Notes under the pieces: generated by a model
Database searches by the model: none
Seen by the model: only the letters and a program-made list of their open reading frames with translations
Told to the model about the DNA's origin: nothing
DNA from: a virus
Lineage: Duplodnaviria; Caudoviricetes
Virus record (IMG/VR): IMGVR_UViG_3300028596_000001
DNA length: 64,000 bases
Direction: 5' to 3' (one strand)
Shown: positions 9,121 through 18,833 of the stretch, in pieces
How the letters are laid out: each line of letters starts with the position of its first letter
Numbering within the stretch: position 1 is the first letter of the stretch
Translations under genes and position numbers: made by a program

Positions 9121-10599
9121 TTATTTGATCCAGTACGGCTTACGCTCGCCCAAAGCGATCTTCAGCAGCTCCATTGTCGATACGGAGTGTTTCAGAATAC
9201 GCGGGTTGGTGTGCCAGTAATCAACGGTATTTTCCAGAATGTCATTCCAGTCATACCCCTGTTCTTTGATCTTCTCGTACAACTCTTTTGGAGTGATACG
9301 GTACTTCCGATCGAGGTCCAGCCAGATCTGTTGCATGTGCGCCATCTGGTAGCAGATGGTCAAGGCACGGTAGAACTTGGGATCGTTCATCGCCTTATCC
9401 CACGCAGTAGTACGACCTACCTTCAGTTCTGGATACAGCACGTTCCAGTGGCTGATGGCGGTGCCGTCAAAACCCCAGTACTTGGAAGTCTTGCACGCGT
9501 GGTACATGGTCAGACCAATCTGTACTCCGAGGCTTTGAGAGCCAATAAAGAAAAAGTCGCCACCAGAAAGGCCACTCTTATTACGGAATACGTTAAATGG
9601 GTAGAAAAGAAGATCAGGGTTTTCTTTTGCATTGGGGTCAAGAACTACATCGTTGCCGAATGGGTTAGGGTACATCCACTCTTGGCCGTTCTTCAATGCA
9701 CTGCCGCTAACGATACGAATACCGGTTTGCGGGATACGCAGCATGGAACGAGGAGCTTTGAGTTTCTTACCAGGAGAGATGAAGACTGTTTCTTTTTCCT
9801 GGGGACGACCGGAGATGTTAATCACATCAGTGATCTGGGCGGTCCACCATTGAAGCATGCCGATCTCACCACCGAGGTTGTCAGCATCTTCAAAAACGAT
9901 ACGGCGCATGTTGCCGATCTGCATGTCACGAGTACGCTTCTCGCCACCTTCGTCCACGTCACCTTCTTGGAAGTGAGCGGATACCTTGTGGAAAGGCATT
10001 TCCGAGATCGAGTCGACGAACGACATGATCGGAGTAATGTGTTGGAGTGGCTTACCGTCGTTGCCCAGATAAGGCAGGTCCATGTAGATACCTGGCTTCT
10101 TAGCCTTGATATCTGCCTTAACCATTTGGTTGAGGTCTTTGAACAGATGGTGAACCCAGGTGCCATCGACACCAGAGATACTGCCCATCAGTGCAGGGTT
10201 CTTGAATGGGTTCGCGCCAACGTCGTTCTTGTTGAAGTAGAAGAAGCGCTTGTTGAACACGTGCTCCATGAACTCGCCTTGTACGCCACAGTGCCGGTCG
10301 TATGCCTTGGCAATACGAGTCACTTGCAGAGTGGCTTCGATATCCACCACGAAAGCAACCGAGGTAGGGATACGCCAGAGAACAGTTACAATGTCCTCGA
10401 TGCTGCTGCCGGTTTTCTGAGTGTTGCTACCACCGGTCTTCGCGTTGTTGTGTACAGCACCCCCGTTGAGGTAAGTAATACCACCTTTACCTACAACGTA
10501 TTCCCCATTGATGATGTCGGAAACTGGGTTGATATTAAAAGCCGGAATGATGGAATCCGACGATTCAACCTCGTCCATAAAGCTAAAAGGGGTGGTCAT
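9121..10599 (-). CDS. uvsX: UvsX/RecA-like recombinase (phiKZ gp152-like)
   Basis: YLNGG..TGGSNTQKT variant Walker A, VVDIEAT, IMSFVDSISE Walker B; 492 aa. Confidence 0.8.
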   Translation of the reverse strand: MTTPFSFMDEVESSDSIIPAFNINPVSDIINGEYVVGKGGITYLNGGAVHNNAKTGGSNTQKTGSSIEDIVTVLWRIPTSVAFVVDIEATLQVTRIAKAYDRHCGVQGEFMEHVFNKRFFYFNKNDVGANPFKNPALMGSISGVDGTWVHHLFKDLNQMVKADIKAKKPGIYMDLPYLGNDGKPLQHITPIMSFVDSISEMPFHKVSAHFQEGDVDEGGEKRTRDMQIGNMRRIVFEDADNLGGEIGMLQWWTAQITDVINISGRPQEKETVFISPGKKLKAPRSMLRIPQTGIRIVSGSALKNGQEWMYPNPFGNDVVLDPNAKENPDLLFYPFNVFRNKSGLSGGDFFFIGSQSLGVQIGLTMYHACKTSKYWGFDGTAISHWNVLYPELKVGRTTAWDKAMNDPKFYRALTICYQMAHMQQIWLDLDRKYRITPKELYEKIKEQGYDWNDILENTVDYWHTNPRILKHSVSTMELLKIALGERKPYWIK

Positions 10600-10680
10600 C
10601 CTACAATCATCCTATATTTTATGAAAATTCCGCAACAGGGCAAAATGCCCTACCCGACATATACCTATAACGAGGTAGTT

Positions 10681-11547
10681 ATGAAACATCCCGCTCAGGG
10701 TAAGGCAAACCCGTTTGCTCCTAAGCCGTTTGACGCCGAACGTAACGAGTTAATCCAGGCAGTCAAGTATCCGAACCACATGTCAGTAACAGGCTTCGAA
10801 GCTCTGAGCATTGGTGAGTCTTTCAACCTGTTCTTCAACGAGCTTTCCGTAACAATCGACAAGCGCATGGCGACTCTGTCGAAGAGTATCCACGTTGTTG
10901 ATTTCAACCAGGTCAAGAAGCACCTGGAAAAGAACAACATCTATTATGTCAAAAATACGGCAGTCGAGATCCTGACCCCGGAAGGTTACCACCCTGGTAT
11001 GGGCAACATGATGGCGCACACCAAGGCGGTAACTGATGCAGTCTACATTATCTGTAGTCTCAAAACTGAAGCGTCGAGACTATATGATTGGATGAAACAA
11101 ATCATCCAGAAAGGTCGTATGGAATCGCAGTTCAAGTGGACCATCGGTGAGTTCGGTATTGCTCTGAACAAAGCCGAAGACTTCATCAAAAACCTGCCGG
11201 ACAACTCGCGCAGCCTGCGTTATAACCTGGGTCAGGTTTACGTTAGCTACGACGAAGTATGGGCGGTAATGAACGTCCATAACAATGCCGTACGTACCAT
11301 GGGTAGCCGTGATATCGAACTCACTGCTAAAGTCCTGACCCAAGTCTACGAACTGGGACAGCTCCTGGTCAAGAAGATCCACGCTAACGATATCCTCCTG
11401 TCCAAGGAAGCTATCAGCGATATCGAACACATCGTCAACAAGTTTGCAGAACTCACCAACGTCAGCGGTGCGATGATGGTCCTGCTCAACGAACTGACCG
11501 CTGTGTTCAATGCCCAGCTGGAAGTCCTCGGCGAACTGAAGTACTAA
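10681..11547 (+). CDS. Probable internal head protein (phiKZ gp153-like position)
   Basis: True start at 10681 (GAGG RBS); the 826-aa ORF call is an antisense extension; G-F-E motif near N-terminus fits prohead protease S/A/G-x-E site. Confidence 0.6.
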   Translation: MKHPAQGKANPFAPKPFDAERNELIQAVKYPNHMSVTGFEALSIGESFNLFFNELSVTIDKRMATLSKSIHVVDFNQVKKHLEKNNIYYVKNTAVEILTPEGYHPGMGNMMAHTKAVTDAVYIICSLKTEASRLYDWMKQIIQKGRMESQFKWTIGEFGIALNKAEDFIKNLPDNSRSLRYNLGQVYVSYDEVWAVMNVHNNAVRTMGSRDIELTAKVLTQVYELGQLLVKKIHANDILLSKEAISDIEHIVNKFAELTNVSGAMMVLLNELTAVFNAQLEVLGELKY

Positions 11548-11557
11548 GCAGCTATAA

Positions 11558-11595
11558 CCCCTACCCCAGCCTCCTGTAAAGGGCTGGGGTAGGGG
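11558..11595. terminator. Bidirectional hairpin
   Basis: cccctaccccagcc ... ggctggggtagggg between convergent genes. Confidence 0.8.
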
Positions 11596-11605
11596 CATGA
11601 GCCTT

Positions 11606-13108
11606 TTATTTGCTTCGGCCTTGATCTGCCAGACTGAGTACCTTAAGGTTAGCTGCAGCTGACATATGGATATAAATCCAGCCGTTGGTTTCTACCAGAG
11701 TACAGAAACGAATACCAGCAGGATTGCGTGTGTCAGTAACCACCCAAACTTTTACGTCTGGATCTTCCACCGAGTTAAACGCATTTCGTTCCGGAATATC
11801 GTAACCAACACTCAACGTGATCGTTACAGGTTTGGCTGCCTTTGGATGAGCAACGTCTACCTTGAACACCGTTTTCAGCGGATTGAAGTCGGGATTAAGT
11901 TTGACCTTAATATCACCCTTCTTGTTAGCCTCTTTGGTGTAGACCATGTCGGTAATATCGTAGAACGTCGAATGCTTAAAGACGTTGTGTGCATCCCGAG
12001 CTTTAAAGGCATCCAGGATAACGTCAATGTCGTTCAACTGTTCACGGATCCGATAACTCATAAGCACTGGCTGAATCAACTCAATAAGAATTGGTTTGCC
12101 ATTGCCTTTAGTTACCGGAGAAACCAGGTTGTTACCTTCCCGGATAGCAGGATGCGAATCAATCATCCGCGCCACTTCTTTACTGGTCAGGTGATTGAGA
12201 TCACCGGCCAACAAATAGCCATCAGGGTTGTCGATCTTGCGTCGGGTAAAGTCATACAACTTATCCAACAAGACGATCGGTTCTTTGGTGTACAGTGCCG
12301 AATACGTTACATCAGGAGTAATCTTGCCGTAATAGTTCTTATCGGGCTCGACCTTACCGAAGCCGTATTTACGATACCCGTGTTTGAGATCGTAGAACTC
12401 TTCTTCCTTGACGTTCTGAAAGTACCAACGAGAAGCACTGACCATCTTGTTAAAGTCAGACTCTGGGTTCTCATACTCCTTACGGGGAGTGATAACAACC
12501 TCAGGATCCTTATCGTCACTAAACAAGGTCACTACTTCAGCAATTTCCATTTGCTTGTGGGCTCGGTTGTTACCCGCACCACCCTCAGCACTACCGGCGA
12601 AGTCGAACAGTACCTTGCTGTCATCCAGAGCTTTGAACCGCTCGATAACACCCAAGGTTTCAATCAAGACTTCCCTGTCACCTTCCGTGAGTTCAACACG
12701 ATTGATGCGCATGCCTTCCTTAACAGATTCCTTCTTAAGCTTGAAAACCTCCTGCAGTTCCTTATGCGGGGTAATCAAGCACAGATTCTTGTAAGGGCTA
12801 CCAGTCGTGGTGTACAAATCCAGTATTGCACTAAAACCTTTCAATACAGCTTGCAACAAAGTACCAGAATTCGGAACGATCAAACCCAGGATGTCATCGA
12901 CCACTACTACGGTGTTAGCCTTCTGGTTGTTACCAGTGTAGTACCCGTTGGTAGTAGCGACATCCTTAGCCAGTTTCTTCTTGCCTTCATTGGCAATGGT
13001 ATAACTGTAACCGTGGCCTCCTAGATAGTGCAGATGCTGCTTGCCTCGTTGCAATGACCTGGCGACCATATAGACCACCAGATTCATTCCAGGTTTATTC
13101 TCTTCCAT
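11606..13108 (-). CDS. RNase H-like protein (phiKZ gp155-like), probably catalytically inactive
   Basis: Synteny after UvsX/head protein; VVY..GGHGYSY, GN..A patterns fit the RNase HI scaffold but the acidic residues are replaced. Confidence 0.6.
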   Translation of the reverse strand: MEENKPGMNLVVYMVARSLQRGKQHLHYLGGHGYSYTIANEGKKKLAKDVATTNGYYTGNNQKANTVVVVDDILGLIVPNSGTLLQAVLKGFSAILDLYTTTGSPYKNLCLITPHKELQEVFKLKKESVKEGMRINRVELTEGDREVLIETLGVIERFKALDDSKVLFDFAGSAEGGAGNNRAHKQMEIAEVVTLFSDDKDPEVVITPRKEYENPESDFNKMVSASRWYFQNVKEEEFYDLKHGYRKYGFGKVEPDKNYYGKITPDVTYSALYTKEPIVLLDKLYDFTRRKIDNPDGYLLAGDLNHLTSKEVARMIDSHPAIREGNNLVSPVTKGNGKPILIELIQPVLMSYRIREQLNDIDVILDAFKARDAHNVFKHSTFYDITDMVYTKEANKKGDIKVKLNPDFNPLKTVFKVDVAHPKAAKPVTITLSVGYDIPERNAFNSVEDPDVKVWVVTDTRNPAGIRFCTLVETNGWIYIHMSAAANLKVLSLADQGRSK

Positions 13109-13159
13109 TGCCGTCGCTCTTTAGATGGCCTACACTTAAGATAACGCGTAGGGTAAAGT

Positions 13160-13630
13160 TTAATTAGGTTTAGGAGGAGGGTGTTTCTGTTTCAGGAGCA
13201 AGGCATCGTTATTATCTTTAAGCCTTTTCATTTCCGCCATTTGTTTCTTGAGCAACACCTGTAACCAATAGTTTTCATGAACCAGTGAGATATTAGACTC
13301 AGACAGTTCCGCGTTTTCCTTACGCAAGGTGTTGCTGTTGGTATCAATAGAGGTAGACAGCTTATTGAGTTCGTCGGCCGTGCTAGAAGCGTTTTCTGGA
13401 TTCAACAAGAATCCCACTTTGCTAGCGACCGATTCATAGTCCTTCAGCTGAAACCGCAAATTGAAGTTATCTACTACCAAGCTAATTAACGCAAAAACCA
13501 ACACACTAATCAGAAAGACCGTAGACTTCAAAACAGACGTCAGTCGTGCCTCTGGACTGTCGCCTTGAGTGATGTGCAGGAGGAATTCTATGAATCTGTC
13601 AACCAGCTCTTTTAAGAGCGTAAAAAGCAT
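13160..13630 (-). CDS. Membrane protein with one TM helix and coiled coil
   Basis: Hydrophobic TVFLISVLVFALISLVV followed by heptad-rich segment. Confidence 0.6.
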   Translation of the reverse strand: MLFTLLKELVDRFIEFLLHITQGDSPEARLTSVLKSTVFLISVLVFALISLVVDNFNLRFQLKDYESVASKVGFLLNPENASSTADELNKLSTSIDTNSNTLRKENAELSESNISLVHENYWLQVLLKKQMAEMKRLKDNNDALLLKQKHPPPKPN

Positions 13631-13660
13631 ATATGTTCCTTATTTCTTGAGGTGTAAGTG

Positions 13661-15004
13661 ATGGCTGCTAAGAATTTCTTATCTTTCGCTGCGATTGCAG
13701 AATTCGCTAATAATGGCGTTGCAAGTGTATCACCAATTGGCGAAATCTCCAACAAATCTAAAACGTACTCGAAAGACCAAGGGATCTTCACGTTCAACGA
13801 CCAACCATCCGCCACCGTACTGCACAACTTCGTAAGCCTGGATGGCGAAACCGAAATCGTGATGCCGGTAGCTATTGCTAATAAGGAACTGGAAATTAGC
13901 AACTGGCTGGTCGCCCAAACTAAAGCAGGCAATATCTCGAACAGTCGGCCGGGTTGCCTTGCTCTGTTGAAGACCCAATTTACTGCTGGTGTCGAGATTC
14001 TCGATATCGGCGAAATGGTAACCAACAATCGTTATTGGATGCCAAGCTTTGTAACTGGTAACCATATCGTCGGTGCTGAGAAACAACGTTTTTACTTGTG
14101 GTTCGCAGACGAATACTTTAAGCGGGAATACCCGCGCGTAGCGTTTGCCATTGTTCATCCAGTCGCGCTCGCCGACATGGATTCGTTGATGAACATGAAC
14201 TACCAGGAAATGGCAGCACGTCTGGCTTTGGAAACGCCTGACGTTATTAGCAAACGTATGCATGAAGTTAATGACAATGCCGCATGGCCAGTCACTGACG
14301 AAGAACCCATCTCCTTCGAGATGATGGACCTCATCAATACCCCCCGGTCGGTAACTGGCTGGTGGCACTATGCCTGGTGGGGTAACGGTGTCGATGCCCA
14401 GGATATTCTCTTTGAGCAGATGCGCAATGAGATTCTGAAGGATTCCAAATTTCCTCTGGCTAAATGGGAAGAGAAGATCCCCGACCTGTTCAACCCGATC
14501 GAGTTCTACGTCCTTCCATTCTTCAACCGTAAGGGCCTGTTGAACAAAACGAATGGGGCTCGTGAATACTCCCCGATCGTCGATAACGAAACCCGCATGG
14601 CCTTGGTAGATAAGTACCTCACCCCCAATATGACCCAGGATCACGTCATAAAATCTACCCAGTTCGTGCCGTTCTTGTGGAAATCCATCGCTGCTGCTTT
14701 TGTCGGCAAGGTAAACAACCGCGAAGGTACTAAGAAGATCTACGATCTGTTCTCTGACTACAGTCTGCGGCCGTCCGGTGACAGCTCTTTCGGTCAGATG
14801 AACCTGGCTACGATGGAGTTCGTTCGTCAAATGGAAAACCTGCTGGCGGCTGCTGAAGTCATGACCGATATCAGTCTGCCTCTGCCAGGCATCACTCGTG
14901 TGACGCGCTTCGGCAAAATGTACGCAGCTCGCCGAGTCGGCAAGGTCAAGTACCTGGTTATGACCAAATGGCAAATGCAAACTGATGGAGTAGCAGGTAT
15001 CTAA
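13661..15004 (+). CDS. Virion structural protein (jumbo phage core)
   Basis: 447 aa, GAGG RBS; synteny recalled from phiKZ gp157 region. Confidence 0.55.
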   Translation: MAAKNFLSFAAIAEFANNGVASVSPIGEISNKSKTYSKDQGIFTFNDQPSATVLHNFVSLDGETEIVMPVAIANKELEISNWLVAQTKAGNISNSRPGCLALLKTQFTAGVEILDIGEMVTNNRYWMPSFVTGNHIVGAEKQRFYLWFADEYFKREYPRVAFAIVHPVALADMDSLMNMNYQEMAARLALETPDVISKRMHEVNDNAAWPVTDEEPISFEMMDLINTPRSVTGWWHYAWWGNGVDAQDILFEQMRNEILKDSKFPLAKWEEKIPDLFNPIEFYVLPFFNRKGLLNKTNGAREYSPIVDNETRMALVDKYLTPNMTQDHVIKSTQFVPFLWKSIAAAFVGKVNNREGTKKIYDLFSDYSLRPSGDSSFGQMNLATMEFVRQMENLLAAAEVMTDISLPLPGITRVTRFGKMYAARRVGKVKYLVMTKWQMQTDGVAGI

Positions 15005-15005
15005 T

Positions 15006-15656
15006 ATGCCATCGAACAACATTATCCCGTCGATTGACGCTCGTGGTCGTTTCGAAGCGGAAGCACCTTTTGATCGCGTAGTTAAACCAGAGGTTTACTA
15101 CAAGGTCGAGGCCGTCCGAAACATCCACGAAATGGAAGCCCTCAAGCTCGACCTCTATGGATTGGTTTTCCAGCCTGTAGGGATCACGGTTGATGAATTC
15201 CCTGCTGTACTGGAACGTGCTCGTACTGCCGGGGCTAAAGTACTTAGCCTCCTGGATCGCCAAGACACCGCTACTTATGTCTTGACTACCTACCTCACCA
15301 GTTGGCCTCTGGTGGATGGCGTTAGTTACGAACGCATGTGTATCGTGGCAGACCTTGGTCCCTGCCCACCAAACATGAAGGACATCATCTCTAAGGAGAT
15401 CGAGCACTTCAAGAACCACATCGAAGCCAGTGTTGGTATCACCACTACTGTGACCCTAGGGACCATTCCTACTTTGGGTTACGTTAGTGCTGATCAAGCT
15501 GCTGCATACGAACGTATCAGGCAGACCAAGATCACCAACAGTGGTAACGATGTGGCACGTATTCGGGAACTCGAATCAGGGAACGCCAAGAAGGACGCTT
15601 ACATCCTCGAACTGGAAGCAGCCGTGGCGGCCCTTACCCAAAGACTCAACCCTTAA
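15006..15656 (+). CDS. Conserved jumbo phage protein, probably structural
   Basis: 216 aa, 1-bp gap to upstream gene, C-terminal coiled coil. Confidence 0.55.
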   Translation: MPSNNIIPSIDARGRFEAEAPFDRVVKPEVYYKVEAVRNIHEMEALKLDLYGLVFQPVGITVDEFPAVLERARTAGAKVLSLLDRQDTATYVLTTYLTSWPLVDGVSYERMCIVADLGPCPPNMKDIISKEIEHFKNHIEASVGITTTVTLGTIPTLGYVSADQAAAYERIRQTKITNSGNDVARIRELESGNAKKDAYILELEAAVAALTQRLNP

Positions 15657-15670
15657 CTAGGAAGTAGGAA

Positions 15671-16816
15671 ATGTCGGAAGTATTCGATGTAGTAGATAGT
15701 GAATACACGGAAGTGGCCGAACCGGAACACTTCGACATGGTGCTTCAAGGCACCTTGGATACCCTCGAAGGTATGGAAAGTCTCCGTACCACTTACACCA
15801 AGGCCCAGGAGTACCTTTACAGCTGTTTGAATACTTCCGAGTCCCTGAGCTACCAGCAACGTGTCGACGGCATGGAGAGTGTGTTCAGCAACATCGGTGA
15901 AGGTCTCGGTACCGCGTGGGAATACATCAAGAAACTCTTCAAGACCGTTTGGGAGTACTTCTTCGGCAGTGGCGACAACACGGTAGAAGCGAAAGCTGAA
16001 AAGACCGAGAAGGTCATCGAGAAAAACGAGAAGCAACTCAAGACTCTCGCTGGCAGCGGTAAGACCGAAGCCCAGGTAGAAGGCATCCGTAAGAAGGTTA
16101 AAGAGAAAGCCAAGAAGATCCAGGCTGACCCTCAAGCGTCTTCTTCCGACAAAGCCGTGGCTACCGATGTAATCAAGAAGATCGACGAAGGCAACGTCAA
16201 GTCCACTTCCCAAAAGGAAATGGACATCGGGGCAATGTGTGAACGCCTGGCCAAGATCGACAAGAAGAGTCGTCAGGCTCTTATCAAGCGTATTGGTGAG
16301 ACCGAGAACCTGCGTAAGTCTTACGCCGGGTATGTAGAGAAAGACCGCTCTGATGACATCGGTAATGGTCGCTTCAAGTCGATGTACAAGGTATTCCGTG
16401 AAACCCTCAAACAAGGGACCTTCACCACCAAGATCCCTGATCTGATCAAAGTGGATAGCATCACCACTATCCTCAATGCAGCGACCACTCAGGACAAGCT
16501 GCTGAAAGCAGTGGAAGATCACGGTAAGTTCGCCAAGTTCATCGCTTCGGAAAAGACTGAGTTCCAAACCGAGATCAAAGCTTTGGAAGAAGCCCTTGCC
16601 AAGAAAGGTAAAGGTTCCGGCCAAGGCGAAGTCAACGGAGAAGCGTACAAGAACAAGGGTGAGGTCAGTGCGCGTCTTAAAGCTGCTAACGCCGCGCTCA
16701 GTATCGTTAACGCCACTGCCGGCTACCAGACCAAGATGTTGGATTCCCTGGAGAAACTCAGTGACTCCGTTAAAGACATCTTCGGTGATTACAGCAACGT
16801 AATTGCCGTGGTTTAA
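15671..16816 (+). CDS. Internal head protein, paralog A
   Basis: Acidic propeptide with two GMES motifs (G-x-E protease sites) followed by WEYIKKLFKTVWEYFFGSGD. Confidence 0.7.
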   Translation: MSEVFDVVDSEYTEVAEPEHFDMVLQGTLDTLEGMESLRTTYTKAQEYLYSCLNTSESLSYQQRVDGMESVFSNIGEGLGTAWEYIKKLFKTVWEYFFGSGDNTVEAKAEKTEKVIEKNEKQLKTLAGSGKTEAQVEGIRKKVKEKAKKIQADPQASSSDKAVATDVIKKIDEGNVKSTSQKEMDIGAMCERLAKIDKKSRQALIKRIGETENLRKSYAGYVEKDRSDDIGNGRFKSMYKVFRETLKQGTFTTKIPDLIKVDSITTILNAATTQDKLLKAVEDHGKFAKFIASEKTEFQTEIKALEEALAKKGKGSGQGEVNGEAYKNKGEVSARLKAANAALSIVNATAGYQTKMLDSLEKLSDSVKDIFGDYSNVIAVV

Positions 16817-16826
16817 AAAGCGGCCA

Positions 16827-16866
16827 TATACTACCCCTAGCCCCGTCAAGGGCTAGGGGTAGTATA
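16827..16866. terminator. Bidirectional hairpin, 17-bp stem
   Basis: tatactacccctagccc-cgtcaa-gggctaggggtagtata. Confidence 0.85.
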
Positions 16867-16877
16867 GCTGCTACTGG

Positions 16878-18449
16878 TTATTCTGGATCTTTTACTTCTA
16901 CTACGTCTTGCACAGGCTCTTTCACCTGACGGATGCTACCGATCGCGATACCGTCGCTCATATCCGCTACAACCCGGTGGGTGTACGGACGGATGTACGG
17001 GCTCTTCAGGTTGATCATGTACATGTACAGGATTTCCATGAAGCGGTCGGTGTGGATGTCGTAGATCGACTTCTTGAAGTTCAGCTCGTCGATCACCAGC
17101 GGCACAGGAGGCATGCCATCGTCTTGATACTGGTAAACCTTCCAGGTGCTCAGGTCGAGACCGATGTTGCCACCGTGGTTGTTCAGAGCCACTACGATGT
17201 CGTTAGCGATCTTTTCGACGTAACCCTTGACGTCAGACGGCTGCATCAGGTAAAGCTCTTTGATCAAGTGGCTGGAGGCCAGGAGACGTTCTTTCAGAGC
17301 ACGCAGCCACAGATTGTCGGCATACGGATGATCCGGCAGCTCTTTGCTGGTTTCCAGGATCAGTTGGTTGATCCAATCCTGGGTCTTCTTGATCTTGCGC
17401 ACCAGCACAACCACCGAGTTACCATCCTGGTGCCAGTCTTCCAGGTTGATCGGGTTTTCACCCAGGTGGTATTCACCGTTCTCCAGCTTGGCAGGAACTT
17501 TGTCCAGACCAACGACGATACCGTTAAGTTCCTTGTTGCCCTTGAACACCAGAACCAGGTTGTGGTCGCGCTTCTTGACCTTGGTCGCCAGCTTCTCGCC
17601 GTACTTGGTCGCCAGAGCGATGTAACGGTCGAAACGAGCCTGGAAGGTTTCGATGGTGTTGTCGATCAGTTCGAAGTCGCCGTTGAGCAGGCCGTCGTAG
17701 GGGTGGGTGGTCTCGGTACGACGGATCCAGGACAATGGCCATTCCTGGGATAGCTGGGTGATACGACGGCGCATACCGGACTCTTGCAGTTCCGGGGTGT
17801 TGTTTTCTTCGCGGCACCAGTCAATAGCGTTCTGCTGACGTACCACAGACTTGATACCGTCAAACCAGGAATTGATGAAGTACACATAACTATCTGCGCG
17901 CAGGCAGAAGGTCATTGGGTTTCTGTGGTCGCCCTCGAAGCGGATGTAGGTAACCGGGCAGGCGCCTTTGTAACCCTGGTAGACCATCACGCACCCGACA
18001 GCGTGAGCGTTTGGCTTGACAGTGGTAAGGAAGTTGTGGAGAGCCATCGCCACCTTCATGTGGTGCATGACCCGTTCACCATCCGCCTTGATGGTGTCCT
18101 GGTATTCATCGTCGCTGTTATCCAGGAACTGGATTTTCAGGAACTGGATGGCGGAGATAACGTCCGGAGTAAATGGATAGTAGTGGTCGAAACTACCAAA
18201 ATCCATGTTGCTGACGAAGAAAGGATCTACGTACTCATGGACATTACCCGCCCACTGGTAAGCACCACCAACGATTCCTTCAGCGATTTCTTCAGCTTTA
18301 GCGACCGCTACCGCCTCAGGAGAAGTTTCCGGGAACCGCGGCAGACCGGGCATTCCGCCGTAGTTGGGATCGACCACCGGTTTGACAGAAGGATCCAGCG
18401 CCTCTTCGAAAGGATCGCGAGGGGTTTCTTTGTTCGGAGTATCAGACAT
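16878..18449 (-). CDS. Hypothetical protein (about 523 aa)
   Basis: Start moved to MSDTPN (AAGGA RBS; overlaps stop of upstream ORF). Confidence 0.65.
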   Translation of the reverse strand: MSDTPNKETPRDPFEEALDPSVKPVVDPNYGGMPGLPRFPETSPEAVAVAKAEEIAEGIVGGAYQWAGNVHEYVDPFFVSNMDFGSFDHYYPFTPDVISAIQFLKIQFLDNSDDEYQDTIKADGERVMHHMKVAMALHNFLTTVKPNAHAVGCVMVYQGYKGACPVTYIRFEGDHRNPMTFCLRADSYVYFINSWFDGIKSVVRQQNAIDWCREENNTPELQESGMRRRITQLSQEWPLSWIRRTETTHPYDGLLNGDFELIDNTIETFQARFDRYIALATKYGEKLATKVKKRDHNLVLVFKGNKELNGIVVGLDKVPAKLENGEYHLGENPINLEDWHQDGNSVVVLVRKIKKTQDWINQLILETSKELPDHPYADNLWLRALKERLLASSHLIKELYLMQPSDVKGYVEKIANDIVVALNNHGGNIGLDLSTWKVYQYQDDGMPPVPLVIDELNFKKSIYDIHTDRFMEILYMYMINLKSPYIRPYTHRVVADMSDGIAIGSIRQVKEPVQDVVEVKDPE

Positions 18450-18807
18450 CTTCTTTTTCCTTAGCCATGGTGTAAGCGGTTGGGTACAAAGTAAACTTGG
18501 TGTTGCTGCCTTCACTCGGGCTTACATAAACGATCCCGGTGTCAAATTTCTTGTCGACGTGAGCACGAGACAAATCTGGATAATGTTCGTTGATGTTCTT
18601 CACATCTTTTTGACTGAGCCAGTATTGATATCGTTCATTGGTCTCAGTGTAGATGGTAAACGACATACCTTCTTGATACTCGCCGCCCACCTTATGTACA
18701 GCAAGTGAAGCTGACATAGTTCTGGTAACTTCTATGTCTCCTTGCTCCAATGCTACACGAAACAGAATTCGAAAACTGGTCAAATCCAATTGATCAGGGA
18801 ATACCAT
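18442..18807 (-). CDS. Hypothetical protein
   Basis: 121 aa, AAGGAG RBS at good spacing. Confidence 0.55.
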   Translation of the reverse strand: MVFPDQLDLTSFRILFRVALEQGDIEVTRTMSASLAVHKVGGEYQEGMSFTIYTETNERYQYWLSQKDVKNINEHYPDLSRAHVDKKFDTGIVYVSPSEGSNTKFTLYPTAYTMAKEKEDV

Positions 18808-18833
18808 CTCTTACTCCTTTAAAAGGACTTACT

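Noticed and set aside
9067-10680. N-terminal 538 aa of the 826-aa ORF
   Set aside because: Antisense to uvsX; the real gene starts at 10681 with its own RBS.
48-15022. Other long antisense ORFs (48..1667, 2884..3705, 11666..13024, 13730..15022), also 15653..16849 and 40077..41171
   Set aside because: All are shadows of well-supported genes on the other strand.
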